DNA of 63,861 nucleotides, the filler included, from Octopus bimaculoides (taxonomy: Eukaryota), in the NCBI RefSeq assembly GCF_001194135.2. It is 7 parts of 6 records of this genome, joined end to end, with 100 filler letters (N's around TTAATTAATTAA, not from the genome) between each part and the next. Parts side by side here need not be neighbours in the genome. Positions count along the whole stretch, not along the records: positions 23,077 to 30,745 come from NC_068987.1; positions 30,846 to 36,757 come from NW_026327443.1; positions 36,858 to 41,763 come from NC_068998.1; 4 more parts are not named here. One strand, 5' to 3'. Both the position numbers and the translations under genes were made by a program. A model generated the notes under the pieces. It was not told the origin of the DNA and searched no databases. It saw nothing but the letters and a program-made list of their open reading frames with translations. This document shows positions 24,771-37,655 of this stretch, piece after piece. The stretch's first letter is position 1, and each line of letters starts with the position of its first letter.

Positions 24771-26500
24771 AACCATTTCTCAGCATCAGCATTGCTAGTG
24801 GCGGCACAGCTAATTTTAATATTTTAACCGTAAGCGTTTTAAGCAATTGTTTTTATATCTAAGATTTAACCCCGTAATAAATGCCGATGTGTATTTATAC
24901 GTTTAAATTTCAATCTAGCTATCTCTCTTGATACCTTTAGCTCCCATTTTATCTAACATTGACATTTATTTGTAGATAAATTTCGGTGGTAATATTCTTC
25001 ATTTTGAAGGAAATTTTTGCTAAATTACTCGCGATACCAAGAATTTCGTACACTATTATTATTGAATATTGTGCTAAATCATTTCAAGTTTGTCTCAATT
25101 TAAAAATGTGAAGTCTATCGGACAATATGAAGAACACAGAACAATAAGTATTAGAGATTGTCACTTGACGTTGGAAAAGGTGCTCTTATATTTATTATAT
25201 TATCTATATGTTTATTATATTATCTCCAATGCACTTATAGTAAGATAAACACATTTGTTATTATTGACAGCACGGGAACACTACCACGTTGTTGTGCATT
25301 TACATCTTTCATGTCACTCAAAAGAAGATTATTTCAACGGTGTTAGTATAATCTATCTTGGTTACTATATCTCCAATGCCATCTTAAAACAAATCGTGAG
25401 TTGCAATAGACACATCAGTGATAAAATTCTTCTGTTCGGAGGTTTTCGCCTAGCCGTTCCTATAACATTAAGAGCTTCTAATCCTGCTATCACTGAAAAT
25501 TGTATTAAATTATCTCAGCTTTGTCCCTTGTATAATTTCTGATCTGACAGATGATAAAAGATCGAAAGGTAAGAATATTTTAACATATGGCGATTTGACC
25601 GAGAAAGTGGTGTACAGATAAATGTATATGAACTGAGAGAAGGTCTAATAAAGATATCTATTGAACACATGTATATTATCAGAGGGAAATTTTGGGGACT
25701 TAATAGACGTCTCAAGAGAAGAATCGAATGAATCTATATATTCAAAGAGAACATTGACTCCCCAAAATATAAATTCTTTGAAACTGAACACTGCTAATCT
25801 TGCTTTAGTATCAAGAAATATCACATCATGTAGAAGTAACAGATAGGTTTTTAAGAAATGACTCTGCCCGGAATTCCACGACTATACCTTGGAGCTAAAT
25901 ATGGGTATGAATATCACGAAATAACGTCGTCTTGATCTGAGAAGATGACCACTTAAGAGTAAACGAATTTTGATAAAAGCTCTTTATGACAATTATTGAA
26001 TGATTGCTCGAAACAGCAAGTGGTATTCCTACCAAGATCATATTTAACACTTTAGCTATTTCTTCTCTTTATTTTAAATTGTTGACAATTTCTTATCAAC
26101 AAAGTCAGTTATTCTCTTATAATAGGGTATACCTATCTACTCTAATCTTTCTCACTGGTAACTCTACGTAGCACAGAAGGAACTAAATAAAAACAGAAAG
26201 AAATATGAAGCTACGCAGAAAATAAGTATAACTAGGGAAATCAGTTTAAGAACAAAATTTTTGTTCTAACGCAGTAATGAAAGAATCCTAAAATTAAATA
26301 ATACAAGCAAAGCCTTCTGTTCATAATTGATGCATAATCATTTCTTTGTCATAGGTTAAATTTTCAGCTTACCCCCATCCCCCCACACAACATATACATA
26401 TGTGTTGTATGTGTGTATACCGGTATATAGATGTGTGCATGAGTGTATATATATATATATATATATGTATGTGTGAGTGTGTGTGTGTGTGCGTGCGTGA

Positions 26501-26585
<85 letters not shown>

Positions 26586-28111
26586 AAGAGTGGGGCTTGA
26601 AAATATATTTTAAATGATATATTGTATTTTCTGCCAATATCTGCTACTTCAACCATTGCTGCAAGTCTTACTCCGACTAACGCGCATTTTAATTCTGCCT
26701 CTCTCATTCTTTACCTGTGAGCTATTCCAATCAAACATGACAGATAAGTTTGTCATCCTTCCACTCACTTTCATTTTACTGCTTCTAGTATCACTCACTG
26801 AGTCTGTTTGCCCATTTACAGACTCCTTCTCAGCCATTTCATTCTCTCTCTTTCGCTCCCACTCCCTCTGTCTCTGTCTGTCTGCACAAAATACCTTCTG
26901 AAGTCGAGCTACAAATCCTTTATGTTTGAACGACCGCGTTACCGATTACACCAAAGTGCTTTAGAATACAAGTTAATACTTAGAAATATCTTATTGAATA
27001 AGATAACATTCTTCAGTCCTCTATAATATTTTACAATATAGACTTACAATTACATCGTAGGAATTTAACATTTCCTTTCTGTGGTTGTGTCAGTGAAGCA
27101 TAGAAGAATTTTAGTGTGGTACTGAACTATGTTAAACAACATTGGACGGATTTGTTTACTGATTGGTTAAAATTCTTACGATCCACGGGTTTGATCAGTC
27201 AAGCTAAACAATGAAAACTTATTCAGCAAGTTATTCTAATTTGATGGATTATGTAATTAAGAAGTGATCTGGTGTAATAAGGAACTTGATCGTACTGAAC
27301 GATAGATATGTGGTTCGATACCCATAGATGTTTCTATAGGCTTTTCACTTTCGTCGCCCTTGGCATAGGTTGAAGATTTTATATATATATATATATATAC
27401 ATACATGCATATATATATATACATACATGCATATATATATATATATANNNNNNNNNNNNNNNNNNNNNNNNNNNNNNNNNNNNNNNNNNNNNNNNNNNNN
27501 NNNNNNNNNNNNNNNNNNNNNNNNNNNNNNNNNNNNNNNNNNNNNNNNNNNNNNNNNNNNNNNNNNNNNNNNNNNNNNNNNNNNNNNNNNNNNNNNNNNN
27601 NNNNNNNNNNNNNNNNNNNNNNNNNNNNNNNNNNNNNNNNNNNNNNNNNNNNNNNNNNNNNNNNNNNNNNNNNNNNNNNNNNNNNNNNNNNNNNNNNNNN
27701 NNNNNNNNNNNNNNNNNNNNNNNNNNNNNNNNNNNNNNNNNNNNNNNNNNNNNNNNNNNNNNNNNNNNNNNNNNNNNNNNNNNNNNNNNNNNNNNNNNNN
27801 NNNNNNNNNNNNNNNNNNNNNNNNNNNNNNNNNNNNNNNNNNNNNNNNNNNNNNNNNNNNNNNNNNNNNNNNNNNNNNNNNNNNNNNNNNNNNNNNNNNN
27901 NNNNNNNNNNNNNNNNNNNNNNNNNNNNNNNNNNNNNNNNNNNNNNNNNNNNNNNNNNNNNNNNNNNNNNNNNNNNNNNNNNNNNNNNNNNNNNNNNNNN
28001 NNNNNNNNNNNNNNNNNNNNNNNNNNNNNNNNNNNNNNNNNNNNNNNNNNNNNNNNNNNNNNNNNNNNNNNNNNNNNNNNNNNNNNNNNNNNNNNNNNNN
28101 NNNNNNNNNNN

Positions 28112-28172
<61 letters not shown>

Positions 28173-28328
28173 GTGTGTGTGTGTATATAAATATATATGG
28201 ATTTGTGTATATGCAATTACAATCTCAAAATGTGCCATCAGATCCAATTGTTTGAAACAAAAAGTAATAAAAAAATCAGAATTTGGTGTAAAATTGAGGT
28301 GACGATCGATGAAATATGGAACTTACAT

Positions 28329-28383
<55 letters not shown>

Positions 28384-28442
28384 GCTACTATTATTATTAT
28401 TATTATTATNNNNNNNNNNACTACTACTACTACTACTGCTAC

Positions 28443-28496
<54 letters not shown>

Positions 28497-28908
28497 CTGT
28501 TTTATGCGATATTTTTAATGCCACACTATATCTAATCTCCGTGGTCTCTAAGATTTGTGTTGTTTGCTGGTATTATTTCGCTATGTCTAAATTGCTTTTG
28601 TATTTTTATATCTTATTTCTGGTGTTGCTTCAGTATTTCGTTTGTTACACATTGTTGTTAGCTGCAAAGTTTTGTCTGATGATATTGGATGGCGATCGTT
28701 GCGTTTCGTGCAGATTGAGATGTCTTCGTATTGGGCGATGATCTTTTTTTCCCAAAATTTTTTTTCGAAAGTGCATTGCATCGAATTTAGGTTGGTTATC
28801 TATCAAGGTTATTCTATGCAAATCATAATTCCTCACACGACTTTTAAATTTTGTTCACATACCCAGTGCATCATTTATTAGTCGTTGCTGACACTGTTGT
28901 TGTTGTTG

Positions 28909-28982
<74 letters not shown>

Positions 28983-28984
28983 GT

Positions 28985-29155
28985 TGTTGTTGTCTTTGCA
29001 CAACTTCTAACGCTAGAGATGTAATATGGTGCTAGCTGTTCACTACCAGTGAACTAAGGTAACACCCCTTATTTTTCGAGCACCACCCGGAGTATTCGAG
29101 CAGTTTCAAGCAGTGCAGTTTTCTGCAAGTGATCTACCCTTACTGCAGCCCCTAT
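28985..29155 (-). mobile_element. 3' end of an RLE-type (R4/Dong-like) non-LTR retrotransposon
   Basis: 29155 to 29069 encodes IGAAVRVDHLQKTALLETARILRVVLEK* (QKTALLGTARIL-type C-terminus), then a short 3'UTR and an (AAC)n/(AAT)n tail. Confidence 0.75.
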
Positions 29156-29161
29156 TTGTTG

Positions 29162-29223
<62 letters not shown>

Positions 29224-29629
29224 ATGCCCGAAAAATATATTGAAAGATTTTATCAATCAACCATTTAACAAATCTACCCAAATTCAATCAAACTAACCAA
29301 TCATTTTTTTTTGTTTTTAAATTTAAATAATTGTTTTGAAAATATGAAGTAAAATAGAAAAAAGTTAAATGAAGTGAGAATTCAATAATATTTTAAACAT
29401 TGAATCTTTGTATCTACACCGGTAAATATATATCATCATATACATTATCAACCGTTCCTTGTTTCGATGAGGAACGGAGGAGACTTTTGGGGAAAAAAAG
29501 ATTCAAATGTGAAAACATTCTGTGAAAGTGTTGCATCAAACTTTGTATATTCTGGGATTATTCAGTATTTTGTGTTCTTTAACTTCAGAATTCCATTGTC
29601 TTTTTGTGTTGCTATTATTTATTTTTTCG

Positions 29630-29784
29630 TTATGCTGTGTTTTGGGCATTTGTGCCCTCGAAAGGAACCACTCTGTTGCTCCTGTCTTTCAAATATTTCG
29701 CCAATGCCACACCAACAATTGCAAGAATAATGACACCAATCACGCTACCAACGATAGCCCCAATCAAAGAGGTGGAGCCGGAAA
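29630..29784 (-). CDS. Terminal exon of a small membrane protein: TM helix plus short cytoplasmic tail
   Basis: Acceptor TTTTTTCTTTTCAG; phase-1 frame SGSTSLIGAIVGSVIGVIILAIVGVALAKYLKDRSNRVVPFEGTNAQNTA*: a Gly-rich hydrophobic helix followed by basic residues. Confidence 0.8.
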
Positions 29785-29819
29785 CTGAAAAGAAAAAACA
29801 GATACATCAATTAAAAACA

Positions 29820-30017
29820 AGGTCACTAATTTCGCTGAAGGGGACAAGAAAGTTACATCAAACCCTAATGATCAACCGGCACTTCATTTATCGATCTCCG
29901 AAAGGATGAAAGGCAAAGCCGACCTCGACGGCGTTTGAACTCAGAATATAAATAGCCGGATGAAATGCCGCTAAGCATTTTTCCGGCGCAGTAAAGAGTA
30001 TGCCAGCTCACCACCTT
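29820..30017 (-). mobile_element. SINE family A
   Basis: CGAAAGGATGAAAGGCAAAGCCGACCTC...TGCCAGCTCACC. Confidence 0.85.
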
Positions 30018-30637
30018 AATTAAAAACCATTATATTTAATGGTAATCATTATTGGTTGCCGTTATTGTTGATTAGAAGCTCTCCTACCGTGACCAACCGT
30101 TTTTTTTTTTACATATTTATGACTCAATGACCAATATTTTATTATTTTAAGACTTTAGTGCAGAGATTAGAATATTGCTCCCAGCTGGTCAAGCTACTGG
30201 ACAACATTACTGACATTATCATCATCATCATCATGATGGCTATTATCGTCATCAGTTGCAACAGCAACAACACGACTTCTTGGTGCTGCCCTCTTCTGTT
30301 TTTTCTTTCTATCTTATCAAAATTCTCGGTAAGTTGATGTAAAATTTTTAATTATATTAATCCTTGTAAAGTACACACATACACACATATTTATATGATA
30401 AGTCTTGCTAGCTGAAAATCAACTAAAAAAGAAAGCCTTACAACGAAAAAACCCTTATGATGTAAATATGTTCATAATTCAAAAGACGATGAAATTAATA
30501 GGGAAAGTCTGAAAGCTGTTTTGCGTAAAATTATTAAGCATACGTAAATTTCATCCGTGTAGTTGGCTATAGAAATGCTTGTGCAAAACAACTTTTTGCG
30601 CTGCCCTGATTATACATAGCAGAGTAATCCCTTTTAG

Positions 30638-30745
30638 CAGGAGCTAGGACGGCAATTTCTGATGAAGCAATTGCTGGCGATCTGTTGCTACACAGTTTTG
30701 CCAGAATTCTATCAGATTGGGCAGAAGATGTTGATGCACCATTTT
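30638..30745 (+). CDS. Candidate coding exon running into a gap
   Basis: CCCTTTTAG/CAG acceptor; frame AGARTAISDEAIAGDLLLHSFARILSDWAEDVDAPF has protein-like composition; a second frame is also open. Confidence 0.35.
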
Positions 30746-31218
30746 NNNNNNNNNNNNNNNNNNNNNNNNNNNNNNNNNNNNNNNNNNNNTTAATTAATTA
30801 ANNNNNNNNNNNNNNNNNNNNNNNNNNNNNNNNNNNNNNNNNNNNATTATTATTATTATTATTATTATTATTATTGTTGTTGTCGTTGTCTTTGTCATTA
30901 TTGTTATTATCATCATTATCATTATCATTAATAATATTATTATTATTGTATTATCCAAAGCACTTTGGCACAAATCTTTCACCACCATATACTAAAACTT
31001 CCATTCACTGCTACAACTCCTAACCATACACTGACATTTCATCTCTATCCTCTCACAAACATTATTGACCATCTCACACTGCTACTCTACATCAAGTTTA
31101 CATGGGTGTCTATGTGAACAAATAAAACTATCCATTTTCTTTCAATACACTTCACGCCCACACCTTTTCCCGCTCCCTGCTATTTCACGTTACACTTCCT
31201 TCTTTTGTTTTCCTCTTC

Positions 31219-31256
<38 letters not shown>

Positions 31257-31875
31257 CTCTCTCTCCATCTCTCTCACATTCTATCTCTCTTCCTTTTGTA
31301 TACATACCTACATTCCTAGCTTCGTAGCCTGCTTACTATTCTAAACACTTATTGAAATTTTCCTTCCATTTCTTTATTTTTTTAAATGCTTTTTCTGGGG
31401 AAGGTTTACGTAATGGATGTATTTCCTATCTTGTATTACGCAAATATGAAACGTTTGTATAAAATGGTTTCAAAATATCACTAATTACATTTACATCATT
31501 ATTACAACTAATACGATGCGATGCCAGTGCAAACTAATCGGCCTTGACTTCACTTATGCGGATAGTTTGACAACGATTTGAAGTAGTTTGTTATATTTGA
31601 TTCGAAGCCAAAATTTTTGTACTGTGCACCGTTTTGTCGAAACTTTCCTCCCTAATATTTTTATCATGCATTGTAAAGCAATTTGCAGACAAGGCAATAC
31701 AGATTTTAGAAAGACTTTTACTTATGTTGTTAGTTATTATGCTAACATCATTAAGTATCTCTCTATCGATCCTTCAGTGTATCTGTCTCTCACATATTCT
31801 CTCGTAGAGAGCAAACAAAGGATGCATATATGTGTTGACTACAATGACCTGATTTTCATAACAAAACTTATTTAC

Positions 31876-31910
31876 CTGTTTGACAGTGACAGGTTTTCAT
31901 AAGAAAAATA
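31876..31910 (-). CDS. Candidate internal exon of the small membrane-protein gene
   Basis: CTATTTCAG acceptor and CAG|GTAAAT donor; frame IFLMKTCHCQT ends in phase 1, matching the TM exon. Confidence 0.4.
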
Positions 31911-31999
31911 CTGAAATAGTTTTATAGATACATTAGCCTTTATTTCCAGTTCGTTTAAAAGTTTCTAAAATGACGGTGTACTTCCAAAATAATTATGTA

Positions 32000-32288
32000 T
32001 TCTTTTACTGGTTTCAGTCATTTGACTGCGGCCATGCTGGAGCACCACCTTTAGTCGAACGAATCAACCCTAGGACTTATTCTTTGTAAGCCTGGAACTT
32101 ATTCTATCGGTCTCTTTTGCAGAACCACTAAGTTACGGGGACGCAAACACGCCAACATCGGTTGTCAAGCGATGATGGTGAAGACAAACACAGACACACA
32201 AACACAGACACACAAACACAGACACACAAACACNNNNNNNNNNNNNNNNNNNNNNNNNNNNNNNNNNNNNNNNNNNNNNNNNNNNNNN

Positions 32289-32329
<41 letters not shown>

Positions 32330-32423
32330 TACATATATATATATATAAATTGACAGAATGAGATTTTAAAAATCCAGGGCTGTAAATAGTTTTCAGAACA
32401 TTTATATATACACTTATCATTTG

Positions 32424-32461
<38 letters not shown>

Positions 32462-32540
32462 GACGGGTTTCTTTCAGTCTCCATCTACCAAATCCAGTCA
32501 CAAGGCTCTGGTTGGCCTGAGGCTATAATAGAAGATACTT
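32000..32540 (-). mobile_element. SINE family B with expanded internal microsatellite and a gap
   Basis: Tail half at 32000-32230 and head half at 32460-32540. Confidence 0.8.
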
Positions 32541-32590
32541 TCCCTAGGTACATTCACCAACATATTCATTTAAAAACTCAATAATACGTA

Positions 32591-33536
32591 ATGTTTGTTG
32601 CCATTTCAGCGTGGCTGTTCCATACAGAACTATGTTGCTACATTTCAACCCTAAGAAAACATCTTTTCCAGCTGGTTAACGACACACACCATGTTTGATA
32701 TATTGCGTGCAAATAAGTGAACTACTCCCCGCCAGAGTGGCAAGAACAGTAGACCAGAACTGGTTTCTGGGTCCTTACGCGTCCTTTGTACTGGACATTT
32801 GCCTGCTCGAGGCGGTAGTCGTTCATACCTATACGTATTATATAAACACGTAAGCGACGATCAGCCGCTGACCTTGCAACAAGCAAAGTAGTATCTTTCT
32901 CTCCATTCAAGGCGGCGAGCTGGTAGAAGCATTAGCACGCCAGACGAAATGCTTAGCGGTATTTCGTCTGCCGTTACGTTCTGAGTTTAAATTCCGCCGA
33001 GGTCGACTTTGCCTTTCATCCTTTCGGGGTCGATAAATTAAGTACCAGTTGCCACTTCAGCGTGGCTGTTCCGTATGGAACTATGAAACTACATTCTAAG
33101 CCCAAGAAAACTTTTTTTCTAGCTGATTAACGAGACACGACCTGTCTCGGAGGTATTGCGCATAAAGGAGTGAACCAATCCCCTCCAGCATGGCATGACT
33201 AATAGACCAGATTTTGCAACTACCAACTTTGCTTGTAAGATCAGTGGCTGATTGTCACTTATTTGTTTATATATTGCGAGAAGGAATGAATGGCTGCCAT
33301 CTCTAGCAGGTAAGTGTACAATACTGTACAATACGGTTCTGGTCTACTGGTCTTGCCATGCTGGAGTGGGATGGGTGGTTCGCTCCCTTACTCGCAATAG
33401 ATCAGACACAGATTGTGTGTCGTTAACCAGCTGGAAAAATGTTTTCTTGGGGTTAAAATGTAGTTAAAATATACCTGGTTAAAATATACTAACGTAGTTC
33501 TGCATGAAACAGTCACGCTGAAGTGGCAACAAACAT
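32591..33536. mobile_element. Foldback/MITE-like element with ~170-200-bp imperfect inverted arms, carrying a SINE A copy (32910-33050) and a second left arm (33051-33212)
   Basis: ATGTTTGTTGCCATTTCAGCGTGGCTGTTCCATACAGAACT versus AGTTCTGCATGAAACAGTCACGCTGAAGTGGCAACAAACAT; similarity continues inward to TAGACCAGAAC / GTTCTGGTCTA. Confidence 0.75.
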
Positions 33537-33853
33537 ACATTTTAGTATCGTTACTACTCGTATCTCTTCTAGAGATTTTAGAACAACCTATTTAGCTAAT
33601 CCAATAATAATATTTTGTACTTCTATTTCGTATACTGTATTCTGCTAGTACCATGCACAATACATGTAAACTGTTATGAGTGAAAAATGTGAACTTCTTT
33701 CGCTAAAACTTTTATTGTACCTTTTCCTTTCCACTTACGTAATTATTGAAAACCTTGTTTATAAGTTATAAAAGAAAAGTAAAGGAGAGCATTGTGGTTG
33801 CAGGTGGGCCACTTTTGACTTCTGGCAATCAATACTTTTAAACCCAAATCGCC

Positions 33854-33913
<60 letters not shown>

Positions 33914-33932
33914 AACATACATAGATAAATAG

Positions 33933-33966
<34 letters not shown>

Positions 33967-33998
33967 AGATAGATAGATAGAAAGATAGATAGATAGAT

Positions 33999-34050
<52 letters not shown>

Positions 34051-34147
34051 GTGTGTGTAATAAAGAATTAACTACACTTTCCTGTATGTTTAGCGAAAAA
34101 GCGTATAAATATGTCGGAAAAATAGCTATTTAGAAAGTCTTACTTAC

Positions 34148-34270
34148 CTGGGCACTTACAGTATAAATCCTTGAAACACTAAGATAGACAAAACAGACAA
34201 CTGCAATCAGTAAGCAAATTTTAAAACAGCTTTGTTTCGTGATTATAGCCATTTTATGATCCGGGAAGAA
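34148..34270 (-). CDS. Exon encoding a signal peptide or signal anchor of the small membrane protein
   Basis: CTAAC branch point plus TCTCAG acceptor; frame FFPDHK-MAIITKQSCFKICLLIAVVCFVYLSVSRIYTVSAQ (ATG at 34252); consensus CAG|GTAAGT donor in phase 0. Confidence 0.75.
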
Positions 34271-34377
34271 CTGAGATTTATAACGTTAGTATAATCCGCT
34301 GGATTCTACCGTCTAATTACAGTGTTGGGAATAATTTACTTTTTCTGATAAATGAAATTAGTACAAATATATGTTCA

Positions 34378-35402
34378 AACGCTCTATATCAAAGGCTCAC
34401 AGTGAATTGTTATCAACACAAACTATTAATCGCACACAGTACTTTGTTTTACAACAATGAGCCAGTTCACCTTTAGTCACCTGAGTGTAGTCAGAATCGT
34501 TCTACAACTCCCTTTTTTAGAATCAGTCTCCGCTATCTTCACCCCTTTTGAGAATTGAAATCCACTCTGAGTTTTAATATCTCTTATGTTTAGGGTTCAA
34601 TACTACTGTTTCGTTCTTTTCTGATTTCTGGTGCTAGAAAGTGAAGGTTTTGTCTTATTTTTCTGCGATTTAAAATTAGTTTACTGTATCTATTTCAAGT
34701 TGAACTGACCGTCTCCTATATGGAATAGGCAATGACTAACAATTCAAAGCTAAATCAATAATAGGATATGTATTCACTTATGCATATTCTCAATCTATTT
34801 GATAAGCATGTCAGTGTGTGTGTGTGTTAGTGTGATAGGTCATTTTTCTTTCTTACAACGATTTATAATTCTGTTCCACCGCGTTGCTATGGAAATTTTA
34901 GCGATATGTTACTGGCTATTCCGATTTTATATATTAAATACGTTTCTGACAACTGAAAAACAATTATGGTATATGTCGTTAAACAACCATAATATAGTTG
35001 AAAATATATTAAACCAGTTTATAAGATAATATTGTCCCTACAAGTCATTTACGCGCGCACGTTGTGTTTTATATCCTTGTATTGGATATATAATATAGTG
35101 AAGCGGAGGGAAGAAAGTATATACACGAAACTCAACGCTCTATATCAAAGGCTCACAGTGAATTGTTATCAACACAAACTATTAATCGCACACAGTACTT
35201 TGTTTTACAACAATGAGCCAGTTCACCTTTAGTCACCTGAGTGTAGTCAGAATCGTTCTACAACTCCCTTTTTTAGAATCAGTCTCCGCTATCTTCACCC
35301 CTTTTGAGAATTGAAATCCACTCTGAGTTTTAATATCTCTTATGTTTAGGGTTCAATACTACTGTTTCGTTCTTTTCTGATTTCTGGTGCTAGAAAGTGA
35401 AG
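34378..35402 (+). repeat. Direct duplication of a 269-bp block (34378-34646 and 35134-35402)
   Basis: The two blocks appear identical by eye; offset 756 bp. Confidence 0.9.
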
Positions 35403-37109
35403 TTTAAAATTGTTTGGTTGTTGGTACCTCAAACATGTCCAACAATTCTTCCGTAGGGATTTTATTTCTCGTGACTGTTTTTCCCGTGAATCTTTTCTCA
35501 AGTTAGTTAATATGTCTTTTGTATTCGACATATTCTCCAGGAATATCATTATTCCAGATATGCAGGGCAGGGAATCGTCAATTAGTAATAAAATTAATAA
35601 TTAACAATTTTGCCGGGTAGCTCAGTATGAAAAAACCTTTTCGGTAAAGCCATTTATAATCAACAATATATAGGGATTAGCAGAAACCTGCTTCTCCAAC
35701 ATACTGAGAATTCAGAAACAGCAGCCAAAGAACTACTGATTCTAAAACTACAATTTTTTCTCTAATTGATAGCGATATTCATGTTACACACAGAACAAAA
35801 GACAGAAGAGAAGAGTAAAAAAAAAAACCTGCCTTTAATTAATTTGGTACGACGTTTCACGATTAATGATAAGAAATTACCTCATTTCGATCTTCAGCCA
35901 AATATTTTAATAAATTTGCCAATGTCTAAATAACTCACGTAAAATTTGACCATGCGACATCAAGACCACGTGAGGCAGACATTAAGAAATTTATCGGCCA
36001 ATGAGTTTAAAATCTCTCACCCTAATGAATTCAATTCAGTGTGTATCATAAATAGTCCCGCATAGAAAAAAGTCCCGTACGACCTGTTGCGGTTTAGCTG
36101 ACCATCTTAGAGGTATTACTAAATATAGATATACAGGGCAGGGAATCGTCAATTAGTAATAAAATTAATAATTAACAATTTTGCCGGGTAGNNNNNNNNN
36201 NNNNNNNNNNNNNNNNNNNNNNNNNNNNNNNNNNNNNNNNNNNNNNNNNNNNNNNNNNNNNNNNNNNNNNNNNNTATATATATATATATATATATGTATT
36301 TGTATAATTAGAGTTTTTTGTGTGTATGGGTATGAATGTATATACGTATATATATGTGTGTATATATATGTTTGTGTGTATATATGTGTGTGTATATTTG
36401 TGTATATATATGTATATATATGTATGTGTGTATGTATGTGTGTATATATATATGTATATGTGTGTATATGTATATATGTGTGTATATGTATATATGTGTG
36501 TATATGTATGTGTATGTGTATATGTATGTATATGTGTATATATATGTATATATATGTATATATATGGATGTGTATGTATATGTATGTATGTATGTGTATA
36601 TATGTGTATATATGTGTGTATGTGTGTGTATGAATACAGCCAACGCTGCACCACAAACGACAAAGACAGGAGAACAGACAAGAAGACGGTAAACACAAAC
36701 AGGCTTCAAGCCCAAACACGTCACACAGAGAAAAAGAAACAGATCTGTAAATTCTACNNNNNNNNNNNNNNNNNNNNNNNNNNNNNNNNNNNNNNNNNNN
36801 NTTAATTAATTAANNNNNNNNNNNNNNNNNNNNNNNNNNNNNNNNNNNNNNNNNNNNAACATGTATATAAATATACGTATATGTATATATGATATAACAA
36901 ATATACATATATATGTGTCTCATATAATATGTATATAAATATACATATATATATATATAACGTATATAAATGTATATATTGCATATATATAATATGTATG
37001 TGTATATATATATGTGTGTGTATATATATGATATAACGTATATAAGTACATATATGAATATATATATATGATATAACGTGTATAAATACATGTATGTATA
37101 TATATATAC

Positions 37110-37159
<50 letters not shown>

Positions 37160-37186
37160 GATATATGTGTGTATGTAAATACTTAC

Positions 37187-37264
37187 AGACCTATATCCAG
37201 AATTAAAATTTGTGCACAATGAACCTTTGAAAGTTGAAGTGCACACACTTTGAGGTTCGGTCAT
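37187..37264 (-). CDS. Candidate upstream coding exon ([26 protein letters not shown])
   Basis: ATG with an in-frame stop just upstream; TCT|GTAAGT donor in phase 0, in frame with the 34270 acceptor. Confidence 0.45.
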
Positions 37265-37362
37265 TTATATCCAGACATTACCACACTCAAATGCATACAC
37301 AACACACACACCCACCCACACACACTAAATCCGTACATCAGCCTTTTCTTCCTTTATTATTA

Positions 37363-37393
<31 letters not shown>

Positions 37394-37424
37394 GATCATC
37401 ATCTTCATCGTCATCATCATCGTT

Positions 37425-37655
37425 GATAAGGGTGGATTATTGACAGAATTGGTTGATCATCGGACAAAATACATCGCAATATTTGTGTCTTGCTTACATT
37501 CTGAGTTCAGTTCCCGCCAAGGTTCACTTTACCTTTAATCCTTCCAGGGTCGATAAAATAAAGTACCAGTCATATTACTGGGGTCGATATATATGTCTAT
37601 AATCGATTACTCCTTCCCCCACGAAGATTTTGAGGCTTTACGCCTCCATGTTAGT
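37425..37655 (+). mobile_element. SINE family A, diverged
   Basis: TTCTGAGTTCAGTTCCCGCC...GGGTCGATAAAATAAGTACCAGT. Confidence 0.75.

Noticed and set aside
1889-28302. Many long ORFs rich in YI, HT, VC or X
   Set aside because: Translations of microsatellites and N-gaps; the same applies throughout the window.
34148-34178. Alternative mini-exon reading CFKDLYCKCP
   Set aside because: The same bases are better explained as part of the longer signal-peptide exon with a branch point and acceptor at 34270.
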